From Candidatus Eiseniibacteriota bacterium (GTDB lineage: Bacteria; Eisenbacteria; RBG-16-71-46; CAZAMP01), in contig OZ245046.1 of the NCBI GenBank assembly GCA_965224245.1, forward strand, positions 1,376,001 through 1,440,000: a stretch of DNA of 64,000 nucleotides. The letters run 5' to 3'. Of this stretch, positions 31,109-39,999 are shown piece after piece. A program made the translations under genes and the position numbers. Numbering within the stretch: the first letter of the stretch is position 1; each line of letters starts with the position of its first letter. The notes beneath the pieces were generated by a model. It was not told where the DNA came from. It ran no database searches and worked only from the letters and a program-made list of their open reading frames with translations.

Positions 31109-32160
31109 CTAACTGTTTGATGAACCGGCGATTGCCCCATTCTGATCATGCATTCGCCAACCAACAGGCTGGTCAACCGGCTGGCTGATCCCGTCGCCTA
31201 GCTCCTTGTCCCATGCGCTCATCTGTTTCAATCGGACGCCGAGATAGCGCATGGTCGTTTCGATTTTCGCGTGATCGAGAATGGCCTGCACCAGGCGCAG
31301 GTTCTCGGTTCGTTCCCAGATCCTCGTGGCGCCGGTGCGCCGGAAGTCGTGGCATCGGACCCGGACTCCCGTCAGGCGTGACGCGACTGCGTTGTAACGC
31401 GTCCCGCTCGACAGGGTGAACACGGGGCCAATGTGCGTCGACAGGCGCTCGCGCAACACCGGACTCGCCGGAATGCGTCTCGGCTTTCCGTTCTTGGTGC
31501 GCCATACCACGAAGTGATTTCCTTCGAAGCATCGCGGGACCTCGACCGCTTGCAGCTCGCCGATGCGGATGCACGTTTCCAGCATGACGAGCGCCGGCAA
31601 CGACACCTCCGGTGGCGCCGCGAGGATTTTGTCAATCTCCTCCTGGGTGTAGATACGTGGGGGCTTCGCTTCAATCTTGGGCGTGATGGACTCCCCCGGC
31701 AAGGATCTCGTTGGATCTCACCGACCCGAAGGCACCACAGAAGCACGCCCCGCACGTCGGCCAGGATGTGCTTCTCAGTCTGCAGCCGAGATCGTGCGCC
31801 CGAAGAATGCGCTCGGGTGACCTTTGAGGTGACGCGCGAGCGCTGTGAAGTCGCAGGGCGTCCAGCGTGTGCACTTTGCGCAAGCCAAGAAGCGGCAACA
31901 CAAAACGCCTCAGTCGCGTCCAGGCTGTCCTTCGTGAAGCGCTCGGATCGTCGAACTCGGCTCCTGCCCCATGCATCGACTGCCCTCCTGCAACCGTACG
32001 GTTGCCGTGCACGCCTCGACCAGCGTGGGTGCGCGCGTTCCTTCTCGCGCGCCTCCTCAGGTGTTTCGTGCGCTAAGCATTACCTTGGGCTCGATCCACC
32101 GTACACGGGCGGGCCCTCCCTTTTCGTGGCTTCCAGCCGGCTGGGCCATCGGTTGGCCAT
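31109..32160 (-). pseudogene. Tyrosine integrase, frameshifted
   Basis: Catalytic R-K-HxxR-H-Y residues present in 31109-31702 (IRIGE, RTKNG, HDFRR, LDHA, TMRY); core-binding segments (LRRFVLPLLG; VRGVLLWCLRVGEIQRDP) lie in other frames; AGGAGG then ATG at 32160. Confidence 0.8.
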
Positions 32161-32372
32161 GTGGCCTCCTCTCCGTAGTCTGCCGCGCTGATATGCGTCG
32201 ACATCTCCCACGGAAGAACCTATAGCCACGACCGGGAGTCCCGCTAGGTCGAAGGTCGCCAGACTTCACCAGATCGCGAACGGCTTCGCTCGCTGCATTC
32301 GAGCCTTTCCGCCACGTCCGATGTCGTGACAACCGCTCTCTGGTCGGTCCAATCAACGGATCGAGCGCACAT
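32161..32372 (-). pseudogene. Excisionase-like HTH gene, frameshifted
   Basis: TTSDVAERLECSERS / VRDLVKSGDL..GRGYRF / DVDAY split by two +1 shifts. Confidence 0.6.
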
Positions 32373-32377
32373 CGGCG

Positions 32378-32603
32378 TCAGACGCTCGCTGGCTGTGCGA
32401 CCGGAGCGCCGACCTTGCGCGCGCGGATGAACTCCTCGAGATCGCTCGGATCGACGCGGAACCGCCGGCCGATCCGCAGCGCGCGGAGTTCCCCGTTCGC
32501 GGCCAATCGATAGACGTCGTGGGGATGAACCTGAAGTGCGCCGGCCACCTCGGCAGCCGTTAGGAGCCGCCGATCTACGCTTGCCGTCTCCAGTCGTCTG
32601 CAC
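32378..32603 (-). CDS. Excisionase-like (MerR-type HTH) protein
   Basis: LLTAAEVAGALQV..VYRL...GELRALRIGRRFRV..DLEEFI; GGAGG plus GTG at 32603 is out of frame with the HTH, so the start is uncertain. Confidence 0.7.
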
Positions 32604-33643
32604 GCGATACCTCCTGCCTCGTGCGATCGGGACGTCACATGGCGGCTGGGGTGCCGCCATCCGTCGTCACCTATCGACAGGACCGTACGACCGAGTGGTC
32701 GGCTGTCGTCACTAGGCAAGAAGGCTTCCGTAATGTAAGGGAGGTTCACGTACTTCGATGCACGGTAACAGATTGGCTGGACGTTCTTCTTTCCGAGGTA
32801 CTTCGCGCGGACATCCAAGAACGGCCGTTCGCACTCGCGGCACCGGTACACGTATCGCGCGTACATCGGCGCCATGAGAACCGCGAGTAGGTACAGAACC
32901 CGCGTGTTCAGGCTTTTCGTGACAAAGCGGACATCGAGAAGCGGATCGTCGGACAAACGCGGAGGAGTGCGATCAGTGGCGTGAGGAGAGAGAATGGCGG
33001 GAACGATGGGCTGCCCCGCAAAGAAGTGGTCCAGCAGTTCCCCATGCAGGACGTGCCATTGGGAACGTACGCGCCGATCTAGATCCGGTGCCACGAGATG
33101 GCTGGGTCCGATCGGGACTTGGCCGAACAGCCAGCCCTGTCGAGGTGTACCCCAATCTTCGACATCCGCGAGGAAACCGACTACCCGCCGCACGCGAAAG
33201 CGCAACCATCTCAACCGTCCCAGCGTTGGCAAGTCCTCAGCTGGCGCGGCTGAACTAAGGCGTAGCCCAAGATCGTATGCCTCCTGAGCTACAGTCTCCG
33301 CCGCACGTTGTTCGAGCGGATGCCGCTTGCTCCTCGCCGGAAACCCGCGACTCTTACCGCGCTCCCGTGGGGGAAGAAACTCGTCGAGAATTCGGACCTT
33401 CAAGGCCGCTGGAAACTCGAAGTAGGCTTGCGCCAACTCCCGCATCGCCCACTCTGGAGGTGATCTGAGGGGTGTGAGCGGATCACTCGCGAATTGGACG
33501 ATCTGCGCAAGGGCAGCAAGGACCCCTAGCTGCGCGAACCGCTTTCGGTCGGCCTGCGTCAGGGCCGACCGCTTCTCGGTCCCGTGTTTGCTCCGGCCGC
33601 CACTCGGCGTCCTGCGATCTTCCTCGTGTGAGCTATCAACCAT
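32604..33643 (-). CDS. Hypothetical protein with CGNR-like zinc-finger segment (reads in frame into the downstream HTH in this assembly)
   Basis: YRCRECERPFLD..C motif; boundaries uncertain. Confidence 0.45.
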
Positions 33644-33660
33644 CACGCAACCATGCCAAC

Positions 33661-34588
33661 TCAGTATGGAGACGGGATGAGAACCCACTCGGTGACGCCG
33701 TCTAGGTAGTAGTAGATGTCTCCGGTGTCTGTCGTGTAGAAACGATACGACCACGCGTTGATGTTCTCGGTCGGCGTTGGCGGATCGAGTTGACCTGCTA
33801 GCTGACGACTCACGCTGCCGTTGTCCAGACTCCACACCTTGCCGTTTTCTGCCAGCGCTATGCGTCTATCCCCCCCCCGCGATGCTCGTGTCAAAAGAGC
33901 CGAAGAAGACCGGCACCACGGGGAGTGCGCGCTCCAGGTCAGTCGGGAGAGTGTGTGCCCGGCCAGATCGCCAGTACAGCTCCCGGCTCTCCGTAACAGC
34001 ATAGGTGCCAGACCAAAGCTCCACATCCGTGCCCGGCACCGGAGGCGAATACGGGTCGAACACCCAGTGATACTCGCCGCGCCCCTCTTGCGGGTGAGAG
34101 TCGTCATCCTGTACCCAGGACCACACCACGCCGCTCTGCATGAGAAGACGCAGCGCCGGTTCAGTGCCGTAGAACGACTCGGGGTTGTTCTCGTCGACAA
34201 CCTCCGCCGCTACCACGTTTGCAATCCCCGAGACCGTGGGGACCAACCCGGCGTCGTACCAAAGCTCGTCGACGAGCTGCCAGACTGTGCCATCTGTTTC
34301 CAGAATGATGGTCTCACTCCACGTCCGGATATCCTCGACCGGGATGGGAGGAGACAGGTCAGCGACCGGCGAGCCTAGGCTGGTACCACCCGTGAAACTA
34401 TAGACATCCCCGTTGGTGAACAGGATGAGATAGGCGCTACCACTCCCTGCGCTCCGCCAGATCGTGTGCACGGTCACCGTCGGATCGCCTCGGCTCACGC
34501 CGGACGCGGAACTCGGTGGCTCGGTTGGCTTGTCGGAGCATCCCGCCAGGATGAGAAACGGAATGCACGATGCCGCTGCTAGCCGCAT
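33661..34588 (-). pseudogene. Lipoprotein with Trp-containing repeats, split at a G9 tract
   Basis: Lipobox LAGC; C9 on the + strand at 33870-33878; G8 would join ORF 33866-34621 to the C-terminal frame ending at 33661. Confidence 0.65.
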
Positions 34589-34865
34589 GACGACCCTCCA
34601 GGGCTTGTGAGGTAGGTCCACACGAAGGTACTGGCGTCATCGTACAGCTACTGATAAGGGTACGATAATGCTGATTTGCATACCCTTGGGGATGCTGTCT
34701 GCATGTCATCGAAATCTGGGCGGAGCGTCGAGGTTCAATGCGAGACCTACTATGCGAGGATGATGCAACGCGCGACTCGGCAAGGGGCCGAGCACCGCGT
34801 CCTCCCGAATGCAAGGGTGTGCCGCTGACGGTGCGGACAACTCTCACGCTTCGCCCCTCTCTGAC

Positions 34866-35102
34866 CTATCGTTTCGGTGGTCGCCCAGCCCGCAATGCGC
34901 GACCGTGATCGGGGAACTCCTCTCCGTCGTTGTGGCGTCTCTCCAGGCGCGCGATCTCCCTCTCAAGGGCGGCCGCAGCGAGCCCGGAGAGGGTCAGGAA
35001 CTCCGGGGGTCCGGCGAGCGCAATCACCGTGCGTCGCGCACGGGCAATCAACTCCGGATCTAGCTGAGCGGTAAACCGCTCGCGCTTTCGTTGTTCGCTC
35101 AT
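34866..35102 (-). CDS. Small ParB C-terminal-like / ribbon-helix-helix DNA-binding protein
   Basis: RARRTV..TLSGLAAAALEREIARLERRHNDGEEFP..LRAGRP; ATG overlaps the recombinase stop codon. Confidence 0.65.
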   Translation of the reverse strand: MSEQRKRERFTAQLDPELIARARRTVIALAGPPEFLTLSGLAAAALEREIARLERRHNDGEEFPDHGRALRAGRPPKR

Positions 35103-36037
35103 GATGCCCCTTCGGCCACGAGCGCGGCGATGGCCCCGCCGACGTCGGTCCGGTTGTCGTCGTAAACGCTCACGGTCCGAACGTCGCGATGGCGCGAGAA
35201 GGCCGCGACGGTCCGAACATTCCCGTTGGTCAGATCGAGAGCATGCGTAATCGCGGCGTGCCGGAGCCCGTGCGGACGAACCGTGCCGAGCCCGGCCGCG
35301 TCGGCGACGCGAGCCACGAGGCGCGCTACGGACGTTCCCGAAAGCCGCTTGCCCCCGCTTGCGCGATCGAGGGCGACGAACGCGGCCCCGTCCGCCTCGT
35401 GAACGTCGAACCACGCCGAGAGCGCGGCCACGGTCGGAGCCGGAAGCGTGAGCGTCACGCGTTCGGTGCGGCCTTTCCCGAGCACGGCCACGGTTCCGGC
35501 GTCGAGGTCGATGTCGGCACGATCGAGGCGCGTCACTTCGGCGCGGCGAAGCCCGAGGTCGAACAGCAGGCGCAGGATGGCCCGGTCACGACGCACGAGC
35601 GAGGTATCAGGCATCGCGGCGAGCGCCGCGAGCATGGCCCGGAAACCGGCGAGGCCCGGCCCGCGCGTGTCGCGGTACTTCTGAGACTTGACGCTCTCCA
35701 CGTCGAGCGCCCACGAGACCACGCCCACAGTTCGGGCGAGCTTGACCACGGAACGGAGCGCAGCGAGACGTCTGTTGATCGTCGCCGGCGATAGGTCGCG
35801 CTCGATCAGGTGAGCGCGGTACGCATGCGCCAGGGCGTTGGCCAGTCCATGCCCACGCGAGAGAAGCGCGCCCACAGCCGCGTCCGGGTCGGGAGCGCCC
35901 ACGAACGCGGCGAAGTCGATCAAGTCGGCGTGATAAGCGCGGCGGGTCGCCTCGGTGCGTCCGGCCAGGAACGCGCCCACGAGCTCGGTGCGGCTCGGAA
36001 GGGCGAGGGCGGTATCGGTGACGGTGGAGAGCGACAT
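35099..36037 (-). CDS. XerC-like tyrosine recombinase (intact)
   Basis: PATINRRLAALRS, RDRAIL..GLRRAEV, GKG, HGLRH, SRH..VY. Confidence 0.92.
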   Translation of the reverse strand: MSLSTVTDTALALPSRTELVGAFLAGRTEATRRAYHADLIDFAAFVGAPDPDAAVGALLSRGHGLANALAHAYRAHLIERDLSPATINRRLAALRSVVKLARTVGVVSWALDVESVKSQKYRDTRGPGLAGFRAMLAALAAMPDTSLVRRDRAILRLLFDLGLRRAEVTRLDRADIDLDAGTVAVLGKGRTERVTLTLPAPTVAALSAWFDVHEADGAAFVALDRASGGKRLSGTSVARLVARVADAAGLGTVRPHGLRHAAITHALDLTNGNVRTVAAFSRHRDVRTVSVYDDNRTDVGGAIAALVAEGAS

Positions 36038-36061
36038 CGGGAACCCCTTTGCTGGCGACCT

Positions 36062-36089
36062 AGTGGGATATTAGCACAAATACTCCCAT
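36062..36089. promoter_or_regulatory. Candidate Xer-type recombination site (11-6-11)
   Basis: AGTGGGATATT-AGCACA-AATACTCCCAT imperfect inverted repeat immediately upstream of the recombinase. Confidence 0.5.
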
Positions 36090-36337
36090 TAGTTCAATCG
36101 GTTCCCGTTTGTTTCTCTCTCGATGTCGGCGAGCCGTTCCCCGTTGAATATCCGAGCCACCTTGAGAAACACGTCGAGCATGCCCCGAGGGATACGCCAG
36201 TCCGCCCCCGGCCACGGCTGAAAGCCGTGAATGTGGCCCTGGCGGAGTAGCTTCCGCACGTAGCGCGGCGTCACGCCGAGCGCCGAGGCCGCCTCGCGAG
36301 TGCCCATTGTCTCGGTTCTGAGGTTCTTCCGTTCCAT
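36089..36337 (-). CDS. Excisionase-family HTH DNA-binding protein
   Basis: GTREAASALGVTPRYVRKLLRQG..WRIP. Confidence 0.8.
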   Translation of the reverse strand: MERKNLRTETMGTREAASALGVTPRYVRKLLRQGHIHGFQPWPGADWRIPRGMLDVFLKVARIFNGERLADIERETNGNRLN

Positions 36338-36471
36338 CGGTCCCCCCCCTCCCCGGTCAACGTGGCGAACGTAGCAAACCGGAACAATGGGAACAATCGG
36401 TACCGATTTCAGCCTACAAATGCCCCTGAGTTTACCAGGTGCCCGGCCGGGTCGGTCCGATGGTTTCGGCC

Positions 36472-36690
36472 TCACTCCGCTGGGTCCTTCGGTGCGCGTT
36501 TCGCGCGGTTCGCAAGTGTCTCGAGAAAGGGGCCAAGCTCGCGGTCGTGCCGATCAGCCTGATTGAGTCGCGCGAGGATGGCGAGCCAACAGGCCGCACC
36601 GATCGCGGTCGGCCCCAACGTGGCGGTTGAGACCGTAAAGAGCGCCACGATGGCGGACAGCACGGAAACGATGCTGAGTACCGTTGTCAT
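36472..36690 (-). CDS. Small membrane protein (2 predicted TM segments)
   Basis: MTTVLSIVSVLSAIVALFTV..AIGAACWLAILARL. Confidence 0.55.
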   Translation of the reverse strand: MTTVLSIVSVLSAIVALFTVSTATLGPTAIGAACWLAILARLNQADRHDRELGPFLETLANRAKRAPKDPAE

Positions 36691-36959
36691 GGCTCGGAGT
36701 CTAAGCGGATCGCGGGAGGATCGCCCCCCCCTGGCCAGAGGGGGAGGCCCCCCGGCCGCGCCGACCAGTGACGGTACTACCGTCTCAAGCCTCGCCACCG
36801 GGAACGGTGCCCTCTAGGCCGTGTCCGCGACGCCACGAGAGCCGCATCCCCGTTGCGGGCGGACGGGGCGGCGGCCAGGACGCGAGAGCGGGATGACCGG
36901 ATGGGTTAGAGGAACTATCGACTCCGTGGGGACTGCTGGGCAGACCCCAACAGCAAAGC

Positions 36960-37002
36960 AAGAAAGAAAGAAAGCCCCCGACCTTGGCCGTGGCCGGGGG
37001 CT
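36960..37002 (-). terminator. Intrinsic terminator
   Basis: AGCCCCCG..CGGGGGCT hairpin (36973-37002) followed on the minus strand by TTCTTTCTTTCTT. Confidence 0.75.
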
Positions 37003-37007
37003 CACCG

Positions 37008-37100
37008 TTAGGCTCCTGGGTGCCGCAGAGCGTGCAACAAAGCCAGGACTCGGCTGGGGAGTGCGATGAGCATCCGAAGCCGAAGGTCGAAGCAGAGCAT
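37008..37100 (-). CDS. 30-aa small protein MLCFDLRLRMLIALPSRVLALLHALRHPGA
   Basis: GAGGAG 6 nt upstream of ATG; terminator directly downstream. Confidence 0.55.
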   Translation of the reverse strand: MLCFDLRLRMLIALPSRVLALLHALRHPGA

Positions 37101-37151
37101 GGCAGACTCCTCAAGTGACGAGAGAGTATTCCCGGTTTGCTCGCTTCGCTA

Positions 37152-37175
37152 CGCTACCGATAGTTATCGGTAGCG
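37152..37175. promoter_or_regulatory. Perfect inverted repeat, probable operator
   Basis: CGCTACCGATA-GT-TATCGGTAGCG. Confidence 0.6.
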
Positions 37176-37240
37176 CTGTTCGGCTTCTGACCTTTTTGTC
37201 TCCCCAGTCACGCAAATCCACCCGGATATCGCAGGCATTC

Positions 37241-37816
37241 TTATGCGGCTGATCTTCTCGGAAGAGTACCCAGCCCCCTGGCGGCAACGAGCACGTCGAC
37301 GGTCACCCGCATCGCTTGAGGGGATTTCTTCGTTTTGCGCGTACCGGCCAGCTCAAGAGCTTCGTTGATTGCTTTTTGAATGTGACCGTTGTTGATGCCC
37401 CTCTGATCAACGAAGCTCTGAAGCAGAACGGCACGAAGCGCAATGTCGACCGGCCATGCGTGAGATGATTGCTTCTCAAGGCGATGCATCACTTGACGCG
37501 TAACGCCTAGACGAGTCGCAACTTCTTCCATCGAGAGTCGCACGTTCTTCCGAAGAAAACGGATCTCTTTTGGCGATAGCAGGGCCCTCTTTGTGAAGAG
37601 GGACAATGAGATGGAGTCATGCAGTAGTTGAGGCTTCGGGATTGAAACGAACTCCTCGCTGCAATGTCGGCAGTACACCCTTGGGACGTTTTCCAAGTAG
37701 ACATTATCGAGTCCACACTCGACAAACTGATAGGGTCCAGTGGTCTTTCTTGCGACCCGCCGGCACAGGGGGCACCGGCTGAGCACCCTTTTCCCTTTGG
37801 ATCTTCTGTTTGTCAC
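37241..37816 (-). CDS. MqsA/YgiT-like antitoxin (zinc finger plus XRE HTH)
   Basis: CPLC..CRHC; LSPKEIRFLRK..EVATRLGVTRQVMHRLE. Confidence 0.85.
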   Translation of the reverse strand: MTNRRSKGKRVLSRCPLCRRVARKTTGPYQFVECGLDNVYLENVPRVYCRHCSEEFVSIPKPQLLHDSISLSLFTKRALLSPKEIRFLRKNVRLSMEEVATRLGVTRQVMHRLEKQSSHAWPVDIALRAVLLQSFVDQRGINNGHIQKAINEALELAGTRKTKKSPQAMRVTVDVLVAARGLGTLPRRSAA

Positions 37817-37820
37817 CAGT

Positions 37821-38114
37821 TCACCCCGCTGCGATGACCGTTATCAATACGTACTGTTCAAGCTCCTGACTGACCGCGACGACGAGTTCCATCCGACCGC
37901 TCTCACAGGTACCAGCTACCCTGATACTTACCTCATCACAGTCTATTCTGGTTCCCTGAACTTCGACGACACTCCCGGACCGCATAACCTGAAGTACGTC
38001 ATGGGAGTCGAAGCCACGTTCCCTCAATCGCTTGCCCGCGTGGCGCGAAAGGACCATCGACCACTCATCCCTCACGGCTTTTCGAACAAGCCGTTGCGCA
38101 TCTCGCCTATTCAT
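37821..38114 (-). CDS. DUF4258-like putative toxin
   Basis: SRHAGKRLRERGF..DVLQVM..G, C-terminal LITV; directly upstream of the antitoxin. Confidence 0.8.
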   Translation of the reverse strand: MNRRDAQRLVRKAVRDEWSMVLSRHAGKRLRERGFDSHDVLQVMRSGSVVEVQGTRIDCDEVSIRVAGTCESGRMELVVAVSQELEQYVLITVIAAG

Positions 38115-38149
38115 CGGCGGACCAACCGAGGGACTTGAAGATGTGTGAT

Positions 38150-38178
38150 ATTGTTACATTTCCAGCTCCCATTGTCAA
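38150..38178 (-). promoter_or_regulatory. sigma70-type promoter of the TA operon
   Basis: TTGACA-N17-AACAAT with TGn extension on the minus strand. Confidence 0.5.
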
Positions 38179-38352
38179 CGGTCTCACGCCACCGGACTGC
38201 TCATAACAGCTTGTAAACATACAGGTTACCTGCATCGGGGATAGGTACAAAGCTAGACCGACACGAACAGTACACTTGGATACACGTTTGGGGCAAGGCA
38301 AGACTGTGCGCCCCAAGCGACGCCAAGCGGCCAATCAACGGAAACGACGGGA

Positions 38353-38625
38353 TCAACGGGTTTCGAGACGGCCCGAACGTGTCGCGTGCCCCAGACTCCG
38401 CGCGACGGCGCGACAGTCAAGCGGCCAATCGGCGATTTCGGCAGTCCCTGCCGGGTTCGGCCCGGAGCGACAGTAGAACGCTGCCAACCCAGGGGCGATG
38501 ACATGCGACTCCGCGACAAGCCCCGAAGGGCTGTGCAGATTGACTCGGCCGGCGCTCGACGTGGCCGGCATCACCAGGGCGATCACGCCCACGGCAAACG
38601 CTAGAGACTTGGCGGACCAACGCAT
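38353..38625 (-). CDS. Small secreted protein
   Basis: Signal peptide MRWSAKSLAFAVGVIALVMPATSSA; AAGGGGG RBS. Confidence 0.55.
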   Translation of the reverse strand: MRWSAKSLAFAVGVIALVMPATSSAGRVNLHSPSGLVAESHVIAPGLAAFYCRSGPNPAGTAEIADWPLDCRAVARSLGHATRSGRLETR

Positions 38626-39447
38626 CGGTTCCCCCTTGGTGTGTGGAATGGTCCGGTGAGTCTACCGCGATCCCGGCAGGCGCGGGGTGTCGCACGTCCC
38701 GAGCTACCGCCCTTTCCTACGGTGCCAACGTGATCTTGGCGGTTGCCTCGAAACCGTCGGCGGCTCTGAGTGTTGCCAGGTACACGCCCGGAGCGACGTG
38801 CCCGCCGTCAGCGTCGCGGCCGTCCCACGTCACGGCGAAACGTTCGACGGCGACGGTGCCGATCCGGATCTCGCGAACAAGCCGGCCATCGGCGGAATAG
38901 ATCGAAACGATCGCGTCTCCGAGCGGTTGACCGGTCTCGAAGTTGATGGTTGTGGCTTGCACGAAAGGATTGGGAGCGGCTAGCCCCCGCTCGTGGGTCG
39001 CGGGTGTCGATGGTGGCACGCCAACGGGAAAGCCCGGAAGTTGGCCGGAGGTAGCCCAGAAACCAGTGCGGGCGAGCCAACCGATGCCGTCCTTGGTCAC
39101 GATTGTGTTGAGCAACCACCATTCCATGTCGGAGACCGGGACCGGCCAAGTGCCGTCGCCCGGTATCGGATAGAGACACCACGTGATCTCGCCGGTCGGA
39201 CAGTTGTCATCAACCACCCAGAGGTTTCCGGCCCGATCGAGTAGATAAAAAGCCTCGGACGCCACAATTCCAGAGTCCGACTGGAGGTAGTGAACACGTC
39301 CGGCGTTCGCCGGAGTCGCCAGGGCGAGGGCGAGCACGCCCACGGTGACCGCAAGAGACTTGGACCAACGCATCGTTGCCCCCTTGGTGTGTGGTCCGGT
39401 GAGTCTACCGCGATCTACGGCCACGGTGTCATGGTGTCGCACGTCCC
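38575..39447. repeat. Duplicated ~125-bp leader (upstream region, RBS, signal-peptide codons); copies at ~38575-38700 and ~39326-39447
   Basis: Shared blocks AGAGACTTGG, ACCAACGCATCG, CCCCCTTGGTGTGTGG, TCCGGTGAGTCTACCGCGATC, GGTGTCGCACGTCCC. Confidence 0.9.
38717..39373 (-). CDS. Secreted protein with C-terminal FlgD Ig-like domain
   Basis: Signal peptide ending ANA; PNPF..TTI.F..IYSADGRLVR..WDGRD..PGVY. Confidence 0.85.
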   Translation of the reverse strand: MRWSKSLAVTVGVLALALATPANAGRVHYLQSDSGIVASEAFYLLDRAGNLWVVDDNCPTGEITWCLYPIPGDGTWPVPVSDMEWWLLNTIVTKDGIGWLARTGFWATSGQLPGFPVGVPPSTPATHERGLAAPNPFVQATTINFETGQPLGDAIVSIYSADGRLVREIRIGTVAVERFAVTWDGRDADGGHVAPGVYLATLRAADGFEATAKITLAP

Positions 39448-39451
39448 CGAC

Positions 39452-39999
39452 TCGGCGCGACAGTGCGACGAGAAATCGGCAGGATCGGAAGTTTTGGAAG
39501 GTCGCGCGCCCGAGTCGGGCCGTCGCAAACGTCGCAAACGCCGAATTCGGCGCGACAGTGCGACACCCCTCAGGGGCAACAAATCGGATAAATCGGCTAG
39601 ATCGAACATCAAGCGGCCTAGCGTGAAACCCTTCACGCTAGCGCCTCACGGCGAACGATCGGCCCCGCTTGAACGATCGGCCATCGCTAGCTTCTGTGAG
39701 CACGTTTCGCGCGTCGGTCCGACCATGGACTCGCGTCCGGACCTTCGATCGCTCTGAGTCGCCTAACGACGCCCCAGGGACGGCCGCGCCGGAAAGATCC
39801 TCGCCCAACGTCGCCCGCCAAGCGTGCGGGGAGCGTGAAGGAACCCACCCGCCCCCGTAGGGGGTGGGTTCTTTCACGCTTCACGCTAGACCGTGCACGC
39901 TTCACGGTAGCCAGAGCCCCGTATACCACTTAACACAATGTCCTACAGTTGCTTGCGATACCGTGAAACATTTCACGCTTGGAGTTTCACGCTTCACGC
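39452..39999. repeat. Putative replication origin: iteron-like repeats and long hairpin
   Basis: Eight exact TTCACGC copies in both orientations; 18-bp direct repeat at 39452 and 39547; hairpin 39832-39880. Confidence 0.65.

Noticed and set aside
32378-33835. 485-aa Zn-finger/excisionase fusion as a genuine single protein
   Set aside because: An internal GGAGG plus GTG at 32603 and the many nearby frameshifts suggest separate genes joined by indels.
38575-39447. Duplicated segment as DGR template/variable repeats or integron attC sites
   Set aside because: No reverse transcriptase; differences are not adenine-specific; the repeat lies at gene 5' ends; no attC-type palindrome or IntI signature seen.
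39452-39999. Repeat cluster considered as a CRISPR array
   Set aside because: Repeats are 7-18 bp, irregularly spaced and in both orientations; no cas genes in the window.
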